Assembly: GCA_964501275.1 (NCBI GenBank) | Contig: CAZCSP010000010.1 | Coordinates: 28,798-92,797 of the forward strand | Direction of reading: 5' to 3' | DNA from: an uncultured Fimbriimonadaceae bacterium | Lineage (GTDB): Bacteria; Armatimonadota; Fimbriimonadia; Fimbriimonadales; Fimbriimonadaceae | DNA length: 64,000 nucleotides | Shown here: positions 32,554 to 41,192 of the stretch, piece after piece | Layout: the number at the start of each line of letters is the position of its first letter | Numbering within the stretch: the stretch's first letter is position 1 | Made by a program: the position numbers and the translations under genes | Notes under the pieces: model-generated | What the model was told of the DNA's origin: nothing | The model's database searches: none | What the model saw: only the letters and a program-made list of their open reading frames with translations

Positions 32554-34599
32554 ATGAAGTTCCCCATCTCGATACTCCGCGACTACGTTCAGACCGAATT
32601 GACTGCCGAACAAGTAGGCGACCTGCTGACCATGGCGGGGTTTGAGTTGGAGGGCATCGAGGAGGTCGATGGCGATGATGTGTTGGACATCAAGGTCGTC
32701 AGCAACCGGGGCGACGGGTTGAGCGTGTTCGGACTCGCACGAGAGGTCTTGGCGAAGGATGCCAACAGCAAGCCGACCGAACTCTATGAACAATCCAAGG
32801 CCGGATTCCCGAACGCCCAACACCCAACGCCGATCACCATCCCCCCAGCCTCCGCCACCATCGAATCCCCAGAGTGTCTCCGCTTCGCTTGCCGCGCTTA
32901 CGACAACGTAGACGCCACTGCCCAGAGTCCGGATTGGATGCAGAAGCGGCTTGCCCAGGCCGGAATGCGCCCCATCTCCATCCTTGTAGACCTGACCAAC
33001 TACGTGATGCTGGAACTCGGCCAACCACTCCATGCCTTCGACCGAGACAAGCTCACAGAACAGCGCATCGTCGTCCGCCACGCCCGACCGGGAGAGAAAC
33101 TGACCACCCTCAACGGAGTCGAGCATGAACTAGATGGCCAGATGATGATCTGCGACGCCGCCAAGCCCGTTGGGGTCCCCGGAGTGATGGGCGGCCTGGA
33201 GACTGAGGTCACCGACGACACCACCCGCCTCCTGCTGGAGTCGGCGAATTTCAAAAACACCACCGTCCGCAAGACCCGCAAACAGCTTGGGCTGAACACC
33301 GAGGCCAGCTACCGGTTCGAGCGAAGCGTGGACCCGGATGGAGTGGTCCGGGCCATCGAGCGCTTCACCCAACTTCTCACCCAATCCCTCCCGCTTGTGG
33401 CCTTCTCCAATATCGTCGACCTCTACCCCGGCAAACAAACCCGCGAACCGATCCAAATGAGACTCGAACGCGCCAACCGACTCCTGGGAATGACCGTCAC
33501 TCCAGAAGAAGCCACCCGCTACCTGTCCAACCTAGGATTCGAAATCACAAGCCACAGTCCACAAGCCACATATCACATCATCCCACCCAGCTGGCGACCT
33601 GACATCGTGCGCGAGGAAGACCTGATCGAAGAACTGGGCCGAGTTCACGGATACGAGAAGATTCCCGAAGAGCTTCCGATTGGGCATACCCCGGTTGGAG
33701 GAACCCACGGACCGCTGTTCAAACTCGACCTAATCCGCGATGCCCTGGTGCGAGCGGGATTCATACAGATCGTCAGCCACTCTCTCCGAGACAAGCATCC
33801 GCTAGACAATGAAGGCGGCCACGTCGGTCCCAAGAACCCCGCATCGCCTGAGATGTCTGTCCTGCGAAACTCGTTGCTTCCCTGCCTCGCCGATGCAGCG
33901 GTTAGAAATGGCGGGAAAGACCTTCACCTGTTCGAGATGGGGGCGGCGTTCTTCCCCGGAAAAGAGAAAGTTGAGGAGAAAAAACTGCTCGGCATACTCA
34001 GCGTTGGCGCGTTGCAGCCTTTCTCGTGGCAGAAAAGCGATGCGGGGCAGGCCAGTTTCTACAGTCTGAAGGGCGCTTTGGAAAACGCGCTTCGCCAAGC
34101 CAATATCGAGTTTGAGGTGAAAGCTTCCGATGAGCCTGATCCTCGACTCCATCCGACCCGGGATGCATACATCCATGTCGGCGGCAAGCTGGCGGGCTTT
34201 ATAGCCCAAATCCATCCGAACATAGTGGAAAATCTAGACCTGCCAGCCGAGACATATCTGGCGGAGATCGATCTGGCAAAGCTGACCAATGAGGCCGAAA
34301 TCTCCTATCGACCCATCAGCCGCAACCCGGCGGTTCGGCGGGACATCAGCTTCGAGATCGCCAAGTCCACGCCGTTCGCCAAGGTCGACGACGCTTTGAT
34401 TGAAGCCTGTGGAGAAGTCTTGGAGCGGCATTGGTTGTTCGACGTCTATGAAGGCAAGGGAATCGGAGAGGGCAACCACTCTTTGAGCGTCGCCCTGCAA
34501 CTTCGCAAACAAGGCGAGAACTTCACCGACGAGGAAGCGAACCAGGTGCGGGAGAGGGCCGTGGCGGCGCTTGCCTCGCTGGGGGCGAAACCGCGATAA
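32554..34599 (+). CDS. pheT: Phenylalanine--tRNA ligase beta subunit, short form lacking the OB-fold tRNA-binding (B2) domain
   Basis: The ATG at 32554 was verified: MKFPISILRDYVQTELTAEQVGDLLTMAGFELEGIEEV, then directly VLDIKVVSNRGDGLSVFGLAREV (B3). B5 reads SWRPDIVREEDLIEELGRVHGYE. The C-terminal FDX-ACB reads RDISFEI...LFDVYEG...SLSVAL. 681 aa. The ORF-track start at 32443 translates the heptad repeat. Confidence 0.93.
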   Translation: MKFPISILRDYVQTELTAEQVGDLLTMAGFELEGIEEVDGDDVLDIKVVSNRGDGLSVFGLAREVLAKDANSKPTELYEQSKAGFPNAQHPTPITIPPASATIESPECLRFACRAYDNVDATAQSPDWMQKRLAQAGMRPISILVDLTNYVMLELGQPLHAFDRDKLTEQRIVVRHARPGEKLTTLNGVEHELDGQMMICDAAKPVGVPGVMGGLETEVTDDTTRLLLESANFKNTTVRKTRKQLGLNTEASYRFERSVDPDGVVRAIERFTQLLTQSLPLVAFSNIVDLYPGKQTREPIQMRLERANRLLGMTVTPEEATRYLSNLGFEITSHSPQATYHIIPPSWRPDIVREEDLIEELGRVHGYEKIPEELPIGHTPVGGTHGPLFKLDLIRDALVRAGFIQIVSHSLRDKHPLDNEGGHVGPKNPASPEMSVLRNSLLPCLADAAVRNGGKDLHLFEMGAAFFPGKEKVEEKKLLGILSVGALQPFSWQKSDAGQASFYSLKGALENALRQANIEFEVKASDEPDPRLHPTRDAYIHVGGKLAGFIAQIHPNIVENLDLPAETYLAEIDLAKLTNEAEISYRPISRNPAVRRDISFEIAKSTPFAKVDDALIEACGEVLERHWLFDVYEGKGIGEGNHSLSVALQLRKQGENFTDEEANQVRERAVAALASLGAKPR

Positions 34600-35929
34600 C
34601 GCATAGCTCCCAGGTTCCCCAAGCCAACACCGCCACAAACAGCGACCGCAACGCCATCGGCCAGTAGTGGTAGTGGTCGAACTGGTTCAGCCAGGCCATC
34701 GGCAGATAGGCAAAGAACGAGAGCGCCAGCCCGGTGAGCGCCAGCCTCCAGTGGCGGAAGGCAGCGAGGAGTCCCGCCACATTGCTGTACGCCTCCCAGA
34801 AAATCGCATAGGTGCGAGGCAGAATCCACACGCTCATGTCGAACGTCTTTGCGAGCATGTAAAGCGACTGGAACGACGGCAGCGCATAGGCGAAGATCGA
34901 GAAGTATACGCCGGGACCGGTGCGAAACTGCTGTAGCTGGTAACCCGAACTGCCCTCTGGCAAGAATGCCTTGCGCGCAAGGTAGTACAAGACCAATAAC
35001 CCCCAAAAGACAACCTGCCAGGACCAGCGAACTCGGTATCGTTGAAGTCGTAGGGATACCGCCACGCCCAGCAAGGCCGTTGGCAACATCACCGCCTGCT
35101 CATAGCTCCCAAACGCCAAAGCCCCCGCCAAAACTGCCACCACCGCCCAAACCCACGGCCATCGCGCTCGAGAGTCGGTCAGGATCGAGCTTCGAGTCCC
35201 CGCTGGCTCGTCCAGCGCGGTCGGCTTGGGCTCCTCGCGTATGGCTGAAATGCGCTCGTACCGGGCATAGGCCGCCATCGCGGCCAGACAGAAGATCGTC
35301 ATCGTCGAAGCCGTGCGGCCGGGTATCCAGCCGATCATTCGGAAGTGCAGGGGCACAACGCCATCGAGTTCAGACAGCAAAAACGTGAACGCTCCCATCG
35401 CCGGGAGCCATCGCCACACCTTGAACCCATGTCGAAACAACCCTAATAAGGCGACGACCCAAATGAGATGCCCAAGCCAAGGCAACGCCCAGCCCAGACC
35501 GTTCCAATGCCACAGCCCAAAGAGCGCGGTCGAGGCGATGGTGAGGGGGATGCTGTCGGTCAGCTCCCTCATCAGCCATGCCAGCAGGAAGACGCACAGA
35601 CAACAGATCAGGGCATTGGTCAGCCCATAGCCCCAAGCCGTGTTCCCATAAAGGGCGTTGTCTATCTCAAAAGGCAAAGTGGAGACGGGCCGATAGAAGT
35701 GATTCATCAGCGGCCAGTCGTGGGTGAACCAGTAAAACGGGTCCTGTCGCTCGCGGATGATCTGGAGAAGGAAGTCGGTGTCTGTATCCTCCAACATCAG
35801 CGGACTGATTCCGCGCAAGAGCAGGATGGGCAGACAAGAAAGAACCGCCACCACCCACATCAGCCCCCATCGCTTCATGGGGGAGATTATGGCGCGGGCA
35901 TTGGTCACGTTGCGTATCGCGCACCCCAA
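34523..35929 (-). CDS. Polytopic membrane protein, GT-C/PMT-like glycosyltransferase candidate
   Basis: 468 aa with more than 10 hydrophobic helices. The N-terminal pattern DTDFLLQI...HFYRPVSTLPFEIDNALYGNTAWGYGLTNALI resembles PMT_2/TMTC-like proteins. Its 3' end overlaps the pheT 3' end by 77 nt. Confidence 0.55.
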   Translation of the reverse strand: MGCAIRNVTNARAIISPMKRWGLMWVVAVLSCLPILLLRGISPLMLEDTDTDFLLQIIRERQDPFYWFTHDWPLMNHFYRPVSTLPFEIDNALYGNTAWGYGLTNALICCLCVFLLAWLMRELTDSIPLTIASTALFGLWHWNGLGWALPWLGHLIWVVALLGLFRHGFKVWRWLPAMGAFTFLLSELDGVVPLHFRMIGWIPGRTASTMTIFCLAAMAAYARYERISAIREEPKPTALDEPAGTRSSILTDSRARWPWVWAVVAVLAGALAFGSYEQAVMLPTALLGVAVSLRLQRYRVRWSWQVVFWGLLVLYYLARKAFLPEGSSGYQLQQFRTGPGVYFSIFAYALPSFQSLYMLAKTFDMSVWILPRTYAIFWEAYSNVAGLLAAFRHWRLALTGLALSFFAYLPMAWLNQFDHYHYWPMALRSLFVAVLAWGTWELCVIAVSPPARQAPPRPSPAPGSLPRR

Positions 35930-35971
35930 CCTGGAGCCCTCGGAGCTTGCGTGTAGATTCCCCCTGACTTT

Positions 35972-36163
35972 AGTACGGCGTCATCCTGAGCGAGCCAGAA
36001 GGAGTCTGTAGCTTCGCCGTTTGCTGGTCGCGAGTCGAAGGACCTCACCTGTCTGTAGTCTCATCCCAACCTACAACTCGGTGAGGTGGTTCGACTTCGC
36101 GGCATAGAACGCTCTACAACAACAAAACACTCGGGCCGCTCTCGCTCACCATGACGCCGTACT
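35972..36163 (-). repeat. ~190-bp palindromic MITE-like element, copy 2 (reverse orientation)
   Basis: 35974-36049 is the exact reverse complement of 24601-24676 (76/76, checked base by base). The remainder is roughly 80-85% similar by eye. Confidence 0.88.
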
Positions 36164-36236
36164 ACAAGCTTGAATTTACATACAGGCTCTAAGGGGAGTC
36201 ACGAAAGAAAACCCTCCCTACTTCCCTTACTCCCTC

Positions 36237-37256
36237 TCAGAACCTTACAACTCGCAAGCCTGCATTCACGATCTTGTCCACCGAGGGGAGAACGTGAAGC
36301 TCCAGCGGCTTCGCCCAGGGGACGGGGGTGTCCATGCGGGTGACTCGCAGGGGTGGGGCATCCAGGTACTCAAACCCAATGTCGCTGATCCGGGCCACGA
36401 TCTCTCCGGCAAAGCCGCAGGTCATCGGGGCTTCGTTGACGACTACCACCCGGTTCGTCTTCGCGAGCGAGGCGATGATCGTATCCTCGTCCAGCGGAAC
36501 CAGCGAGCGGATGTCGATCACCTCTGCCGAAATCCCTTCCTCCGCCAACTTATCCGCCGCGTCCAGGCAGTGGTAGACGTTCTGTCCGTAGGAAACGAAC
36601 GTCAAATCCTTCCCTTCCCGCCGAATCGCCGCCTTGCCGAATGGCACAGTGTAGTCGTCGATCGGCAGCTCCTCTTCGATCTTGCGCTCGCGATAGAGCT
36701 GCTTGATCTCATAGAACAGGACCGGGTTGCCGTCGCGGAGGGCGGTCTTCATCATGCCCTTCGCGTCATAGGGCGTCGAGGGGCAGACGACCTTCAAGCC
36801 CGGAGAGTGGGCAAACCAGGCCTCGTTCATCTGGCTGTGATAGAGTGCGCCACCACCATAGGCTCCCGCTGGACCGCGAACCACCACGGGCAGGTTCACG
36901 TCGCCTGCGGTTCGGTAGTGGTAGGTCGCCATCATGTTGACGATCTGATCGAAGCCGCAGGAGATGAAGTCGATAAACTGCATCTCGACCATGCAGGTCT
37001 TACCGTTCAGGGCCGCGCCGATCGCCGTGCCGACAATCGCCGCCTCCGAGATCGGCATATCCAGAACCCGATTCGCGCCAAATTCTTTTTGCAAGCCATC
37101 AGTGATGGTAAACGCACCGCCGAGGATGCCGATGTCCTCACCCATGCAGATCATGTCCGGATTGCGGGACATCTCTTCATAAATCGCCTCTCTAAGGGCG
37201 GTCAAATAGTTCTTCTTAAGCGCGATAGGCGCTTCGGTTACGGTCGCTGCTGCCAT
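36237..37256 (-). CDS. 2-oxoacid (pyruvate/branched-chain) dehydrogenase E1 component beta subunit
   Basis: LREAIYEEMSRNPDMICMGEDIG...GAFTITDGL...RVLDMPISEAAIVGTAIGAA and the C-terminal transketolase-like domain. It overlaps the alpha-subunit gene by 1 nt. Confidence 0.93.
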   Translation of the reverse strand: MAAATVTEAPIALKKNYLTALREAIYEEMSRNPDMICMGEDIGILGGAFTITDGLQKEFGANRVLDMPISEAAIVGTAIGAALNGKTCMVEMQFIDFISCGFDQIVNMMATYHYRTAGDVNLPVVVRGPAGAYGGGALYHSQMNEAWFAHSPGLKVVCPSTPYDAKGMMKTALRDGNPVLFYEIKQLYRERKIEEELPIDDYTVPFGKAAIRREGKDLTFVSYGQNVYHCLDAADKLAEEGISAEVIDIRSLVPLDEDTIIASLAKTNRVVVVNEAPMTCGFAGEIVARISDIGFEYLDAPPLRVTRMDTPVPWAKPLELHVLPSVDKIVNAGLRVVRF

Positions 37257-38386
37257 TAGTTTTCCTTAAACACCCACATCGCGCCTTCCTCGGCATCGGG
37301 AGCTGGCGACTTCATGGCGTACTCCACGCCTCGCTTCAGATAGGCCACCACTTCCGGTGGAAAGTCCTCGTCGCTCGCCTCGGCGGCATGTTTCCCTTCC
37401 GCCTGGTAGGCGGTCGCGGCATCCCCGGTCAGGTAGCCAAGCTCAACCAGCTTCCGGCGGCAGACCGCAATCGGATCGCGCTCCCGGCCCTTCTCGACCT
37501 CCTTGGGATCGCGGTACTTGGCGGCCCGGTCGTCGTCGTGGTCGCCGTGGCCATAGGCGCGGAAAGTCTTGCACTCGATGATGCTCGGCCCATTTCCCGC
37601 CCTGGCGTACTCCACGGCCTGCATCACCTTGTCGTAGACATCGAACACATCCTGCCCGTCAGCGATCAGCCCCGGAATCCCGTAACCATCCGCCCGGCGG
37701 GCAAAGTCGGGGAGCGGATACTCCAGGTGGGTCGGAGTTCCGTACGCCCACTGGTTGTTCTCGATTACCGTAATCACTGGAAGCTTGTGAACCGCGGCGA
37801 AGTTGATCGCCTCGTGGAAAACGCCCTGAGCGGTGGAGCCTTCGCCGTTGAATGTGACCGCAACCGCGTTCCCCCCATTCAGCCGATCCGCCAAGACAAC
37901 GCCTGCGGCGGTGGGGATCGTGCCCGCCAGCATCGAGGTGGAGTGGATGATGTGCTTCGACTTCTTGCCGATGTGCGACCAGTTGTCCCGAGCCCGCCCC
38001 GGAGAGCCCACCTTGCCCCAAACCTGGCAGCAGACCTCTTCGATGGTCATCCCCATCCGGTCGTCGTTATCCCAACCGGCGCGGATATCCTTCAGAAAGA
38101 AGGCGGGCATATCGCGGTGGATCGGGCTGATCCAGTCCTGTGGCTGGAGCCCAAAGAGCGAGCCCACCAGGATCGCTTCCTGGTTGTGGGAGGAGTAGAG
38201 AGTGCCGGTAAGACGGCCACGGCGCTTCTCCTTGATCAAGCGGACATCGAAGTAGCGAGCTAGATATAGCTGCCGGAAAAGCTCAAGACATTCGTCTTTG
38301 GAAAGTTTCGACGACGGACGAGCCTGGACATTCTTGTCCACAGTTTTTGGCTTATCGGCCGTTGCCGAACCTGAGGTGGAACTCAA
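37256..38386 (-). CDS. 2-oxoacid dehydrogenase E1 component alpha subunit (TPP-dependent)
   Basis: LYLARYFD...SSHNQEAILVG...GEGSTAQGVFHEAINFAAVHKLPVI...ENNQWAY...YGHGDHDD. Confidence 0.93.
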   Translation of the reverse strand: MSSTSGSATADKPKTVDKNVQARPSSKLSKDECLELFRQLYLARYFDVRLIKEKRRGRLTGTLYSSHNQEAILVGSLFGLQPQDWISPIHRDMPAFFLKDIRAGWDNDDRMGMTIEEVCCQVWGKVGSPGRARDNWSHIGKKSKHIIHSTSMLAGTIPTAAGVVLADRLNGGNAVAVTFNGEGSTAQGVFHEAINFAAVHKLPVITVIENNQWAYGTPTHLEYPLPDFARRADGYGIPGLIADGQDVFDVYDKVMQAVEYARAGNGPSIIECKTFRAYGHGDHDDDRAAKYRDPKEVEKGRERDPIAVCRRKLVELGYLTGDAATAYQAEGKHAAEASDEDFPPEVVAYLKRGVEYAMKSPAPDAEEGAMWVFKEN

Positions 38387-38493
38387 AATAAGATCTCCGA
38401 AGTGGTAGTGAAGTTGGTAAATGTTACCTTACACCCACCACCTAAACGTCGGCTTAAAGGAAGGATTCCAGCAGGGCTGGGGATTAGGGACCA

Positions 38494-38669
38494 GGGGAGA
38501 AGGGAATCTACGGGAAGGAGGCCGTGACGGCGTGAGGAGGTGAAGGAGCTAAGGAATGTAGGCAATCAGGGAATCGAGGGAAGAAAGCAATGTTGAGAGG
38601 TCGGCTCTCCATTTCCTCACTTTTTTCACGCCGTCACGCCCTCCTTTCCGTAGATTCCCTCCACTCCCC
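38494..38669. repeat. Long inverted repeat: core arms 38502-38535 / 38626-38659, 32/34 complementary, ~90-nt spacer
   Basis: Read directly: GGGAATCTACGGGAAGGAGGCCGTGACGGCGTGA versus TCACGCCGTCACGCCCTCCTTTCCGTAGATTCCC. Flanking GGGGAG/CTCCCC words extend the arms. Lies in a divergent promoter region. Confidence 0.85.
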
Positions 38670-38747
38670 TCATTCCCTCCCTTGCGATACACTGTATTTG
38701 AGTCAATCTGGCGGGATTGGACCGTCGTTTGCTTGGAGTTGCGTGTA

Positions 38748-39635
38748 ATGAGAGGATTTGCATTGAAATGGGCGGGTCTGACCGCCGTGTTTTCGGTTGT
38801 TGTTGTCGCCCAAGCCGCGGGCCGGTCCGAGTATCTGATGCCGGAGATCAAAGAGATCGTGCGGGTCAGCACGCCTTCGGGATCCGGAACAGGCACCATC
38901 TATAGCAAGGCGATCATCGGTGGTACCCCTTGGGTCAGCGTCATCACCGCCGAGCACGTCGTACCCAACAACAATGTCACCATGCGGTTTGGAGCATCGG
39001 GCGGAACGGCCTATTCTGCCGACCCGACCAAGATTTTCCGAGGAGGCCATACCGGCAACCTGGATATCGCCGTCGCCTGGTTCGCCCTCGACTTGGCCAC
39101 CTACAACACCCTGACCCCCAAGACCCTGATGCTGGCCCCAGGGGCGGGCGCAACCTTCTCCGACTTGGGCCGGGGCAACACCGGCTCCGAGAAGTGGGTG
39201 GGAGGCCAGTGGGTTGGCTACAATAACGCCGGAACCTTTGGCACCCTCCGTTTTGCCAACAACTCGATTCGGACCATCAGTTCGACCAGCATGGACTGGA
39301 GCAACTCCGATCCTCGCACAGGGGGCGCGGTCTCGGGTGAGGGCCCTTCCTGGTCAGGCGACAGCGGCTCCGCCTACTTTGCCTCCGCCGCCACCAACGT
39401 CTCAACCAGCCTTGGTGCCTTCTCGGTCTTCACCGACGGCATCATCGGCATCCACGCCTGGGGCGAACGGAATCCCGACGGCTCGAAGGACTGGGGATTC
39501 CTCTCCGGTGGCACCCCGATGTCCCAGCCCGTCATGGATTGGGCGAACTCCGTCGCCGCCGTCCCCGAGCCCGCCACCCTTGCCGCGCTGGGCCTCGGCG
39601 CATTGGCCCTGATGAGAAGAAAGCGCCGGGTCTGA
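38748..39635 (+). CDS. Trypsin-like serine protease domain protein with PEP-CTERM sorting signal
   Basis: The ATG at 38748 was verified. Signal peptide MRGFALKWAGLTAVFSVVVVAQA. His region VITAEHVV and Ser region WSGDSGSAYF. The C-terminus VPEPATLAALGLGALALMRRKRRV is a PEP-CTERM motif plus helix plus basic tail. Confidence 0.8.
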   Translation: MRGFALKWAGLTAVFSVVVVAQAAGRSEYLMPEIKEIVRVSTPSGSGTGTIYSKAIIGGTPWVSVITAEHVVPNNNVTMRFGASGGTAYSADPTKIFRGGHTGNLDIAVAWFALDLATYNTLTPKTLMLAPGAGATFSDLGRGNTGSEKWVGGQWVGYNNAGTFGTLRFANNSIRTISSTSMDWSNSDPRTGGAVSGEGPSWSGDSGSAYFASAATNVSTSLGAFSVFTDGIIGIHAWGERNPDGSKDWGFLSGGTPMSQPVMDWANSVAAVPEPATLAALGLGALALMRRKRRV

Positions 39636-39670
39636 GCAAACCAAGACCCTCCTAAAACCCCTTTCGGCCC

Positions 39671-40084
39671 ATGATAGAAGTCGTGGGTCGATTTGGTTTG
39701 CAGGCTTTGGATATCGGGTTTTGGGTATTCCACACAGGTTTGGTGGTCTTCAACCTCGTCGGCTGGATTTGGCCCAAGACCCGCCGCTGGCACCTGGCGA
39801 CCGTCCTCGCCACCGCCGCCTCCTGGTTCATCATGGGCATCTGGAATGGGCTGGGCTACTGCCTCTGCACCGACTGGCATTTCCAAGTCCGCCAGCAGCT
39901 CGGCTACCAGGACGACTCCCCCACCTACATCCACCTGCTCATCAAAACGCTGACCGGTGCGGATTTGAACCAAAGCCTGGTGGAAACCGGCACCGCCGTC
40001 GGCTTCGTTTTTGCCCTGGTGATGAGCCTTGCCACCAACTTCGCTCTCCGCAAGAAAACCCCAACTGAACGGAACCTCGCGTAG
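39671..40084 (+). CDS. Small four-helix membrane protein (DUF2784-like)
   Basis: 137 aa with hydrophobic helices and a central GLGYCLCTDWH motif resembling the CPLT motif I associate with DUF2784. Confidence 0.5.
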   Translation: MIEVVGRFGLQALDIGFWVFHTGLVVFNLVGWIWPKTRRWHLATVLATAASWFIMGIWNGLGYCLCTDWHFQVRQQLGYQDDSPTYIHLLIKTLTGADLNQSLVETGTAVGFVFALVMSLATNFALRKKTPTERNLA

Positions 40085-40125
40085 AATTCGTTACTACTAG
40101 AGAGAAGGACTTGAAAAACTCGCGA

Positions 40126-40258
40126 TCCGAGCCCTCTTGAGGGGGTTGGGGGTGGCTCCCAGTTCTCCGCTTGTAAGGTTTGATCCACCGGGGCTTGGGC
40201 TCATTGGATACCCACAGGGAACCTAGCCATACCCCCACCCCCCTCAAGGGGGCTCGGA
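40126..40258. repeat. Inverted repeat TCCGAGCCCTCTTGAGGGGGTTGGGGGTGGCT / AGCCATACCCCCACCCCCCTCAAGGGGGCTCGGA with ~66-nt spacer
   Basis: Read directly. It shares the CCC(C)TTGAGGGGG core with 57547-57580 and resembles 20260-20371. Confidence 0.8.
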
Positions 40259-40285
40259 CCTAGAACAAGTTGGAGGGAATTTATC

Positions 40286-41050
40286 ATGAGTCAACGCATC
40301 ATCACGTCCGCCCTGGTTTTGGGCACCTTGGCGGCTTTCAGCTCCGCCGCGATCGTCACTAAGAAGGTGGAGTACAAGCAAGGGGACACCGTTTTGGAAG
40401 GCTTCCTGGCCTACGACGACTCCAAGACCGGCCCCCTGCCTGGGGTGCTCATCATCCATGATTGGGACGGCGTCAACGGCTATGAGGAGACCCGCGCCAA
40501 GATGTTGGCCGAGATGGGCTATGTGGCCTTTGCCGCCGATATCTATGGCAAGGACTCGCGCCCCAAGAGCCAGCAGGAGTCAGGGCAGTTTGCCGGCAAG
40601 TATCGAGCCGACAACGCCCTCTTTCGCGCCCGCCTGCAGGCTGGTCTGGATGAGCTGAAGAAGCAGACTCAGGTGGACAAGGCCAAGACCGCCGCGATTG
40701 GCTACTGCTTTGGCGGAGGCGGAGTTCTGGAATTAGCACGGAGCGGAGCCGAGGTCACGGGAGTCGTCAGCTTCCACGGCAGTCTCGCCACGCCCAGCCC
40801 GGCCAAAGAGGGTGGAGTCAAGGCCAAGGTGATGACCATCCACGCCGCCCAAGACCCTGGCGTCCCCACCGAGCAGTTCGTGGGCTATCTGAATGAGATG
40901 CGCGACGCCAAAGTGGATCACCAAACCGTCGTCTACAACCTCAACGTCCACGCCTTCACCGTGATCGGCGGGAGCCAATACAACGCCGACGCGGATCGAA
41001 GAAGCTGGGCCGCGATGAAGCAGTTCTTCAGCGAGATATTTGGGAGCTGA
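40286..41050 (+). CDS. Dienelactone hydrolase family protein (secreted)
   Basis: Signal peptide, then GVLIIHDWDGV, nucleophile elbow GYCFGGGG, FHG, and IHAAQDP. Confidence 0.85.
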   Translation: MSQRIITSALVLGTLAAFSSAAIVTKKVEYKQGDTVLEGFLAYDDSKTGPLPGVLIIHDWDGVNGYEETRAKMLAEMGYVAFAADIYGKDSRPKSQQESGQFAGKYRADNALFRARLQAGLDELKKQTQVDKAKTAAIGYCFGGGGVLELARSGAEVTGVVSFHGSLATPSPAKEGGVKAKVMTIHAAQDPGVPTEQFVGYLNEMRDAKVDHQTVVYNLNVHAFTVIGGSQYNADADRRSWAAMKQFFSEIFGS

Positions 41051-41188
41051 GTGTGGAATGTGGCCTGTGGCCTGTGGTTTGTTTCTGACTAATCTGACCT
41101 ATCGGACCGATCCGACTGATAAGTCAGATTAGTCTGATTGGTCAGATTGAGGTCAACCCACCACAAAGCCACAGGCCACAAGCCACAC
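41051..41188. repeat. Nested hairpin: outer GTGGCCT-heptad arms (41051-41075 / 41164-41188; 19 of the first 21 positions pair) and inner perfect 12-bp repeat (41087-41098 / 41123-41134)
   Basis: Read directly. It fills the whole gap between two convergent genes. Confidence 0.85.
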
Positions 41189-41192
41189 TCCC

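Noticed and set aside
36237-38386. Missing E2/E3 genes after E1 alpha/beta as a sign of gene loss caused by the MITE-like copy 2
   Set aside because: Split 2-oxoacid dehydrogenase loci are common. Nothing in the sequence (no E2 fragments flanking 35972-36163) supports a disruption event.
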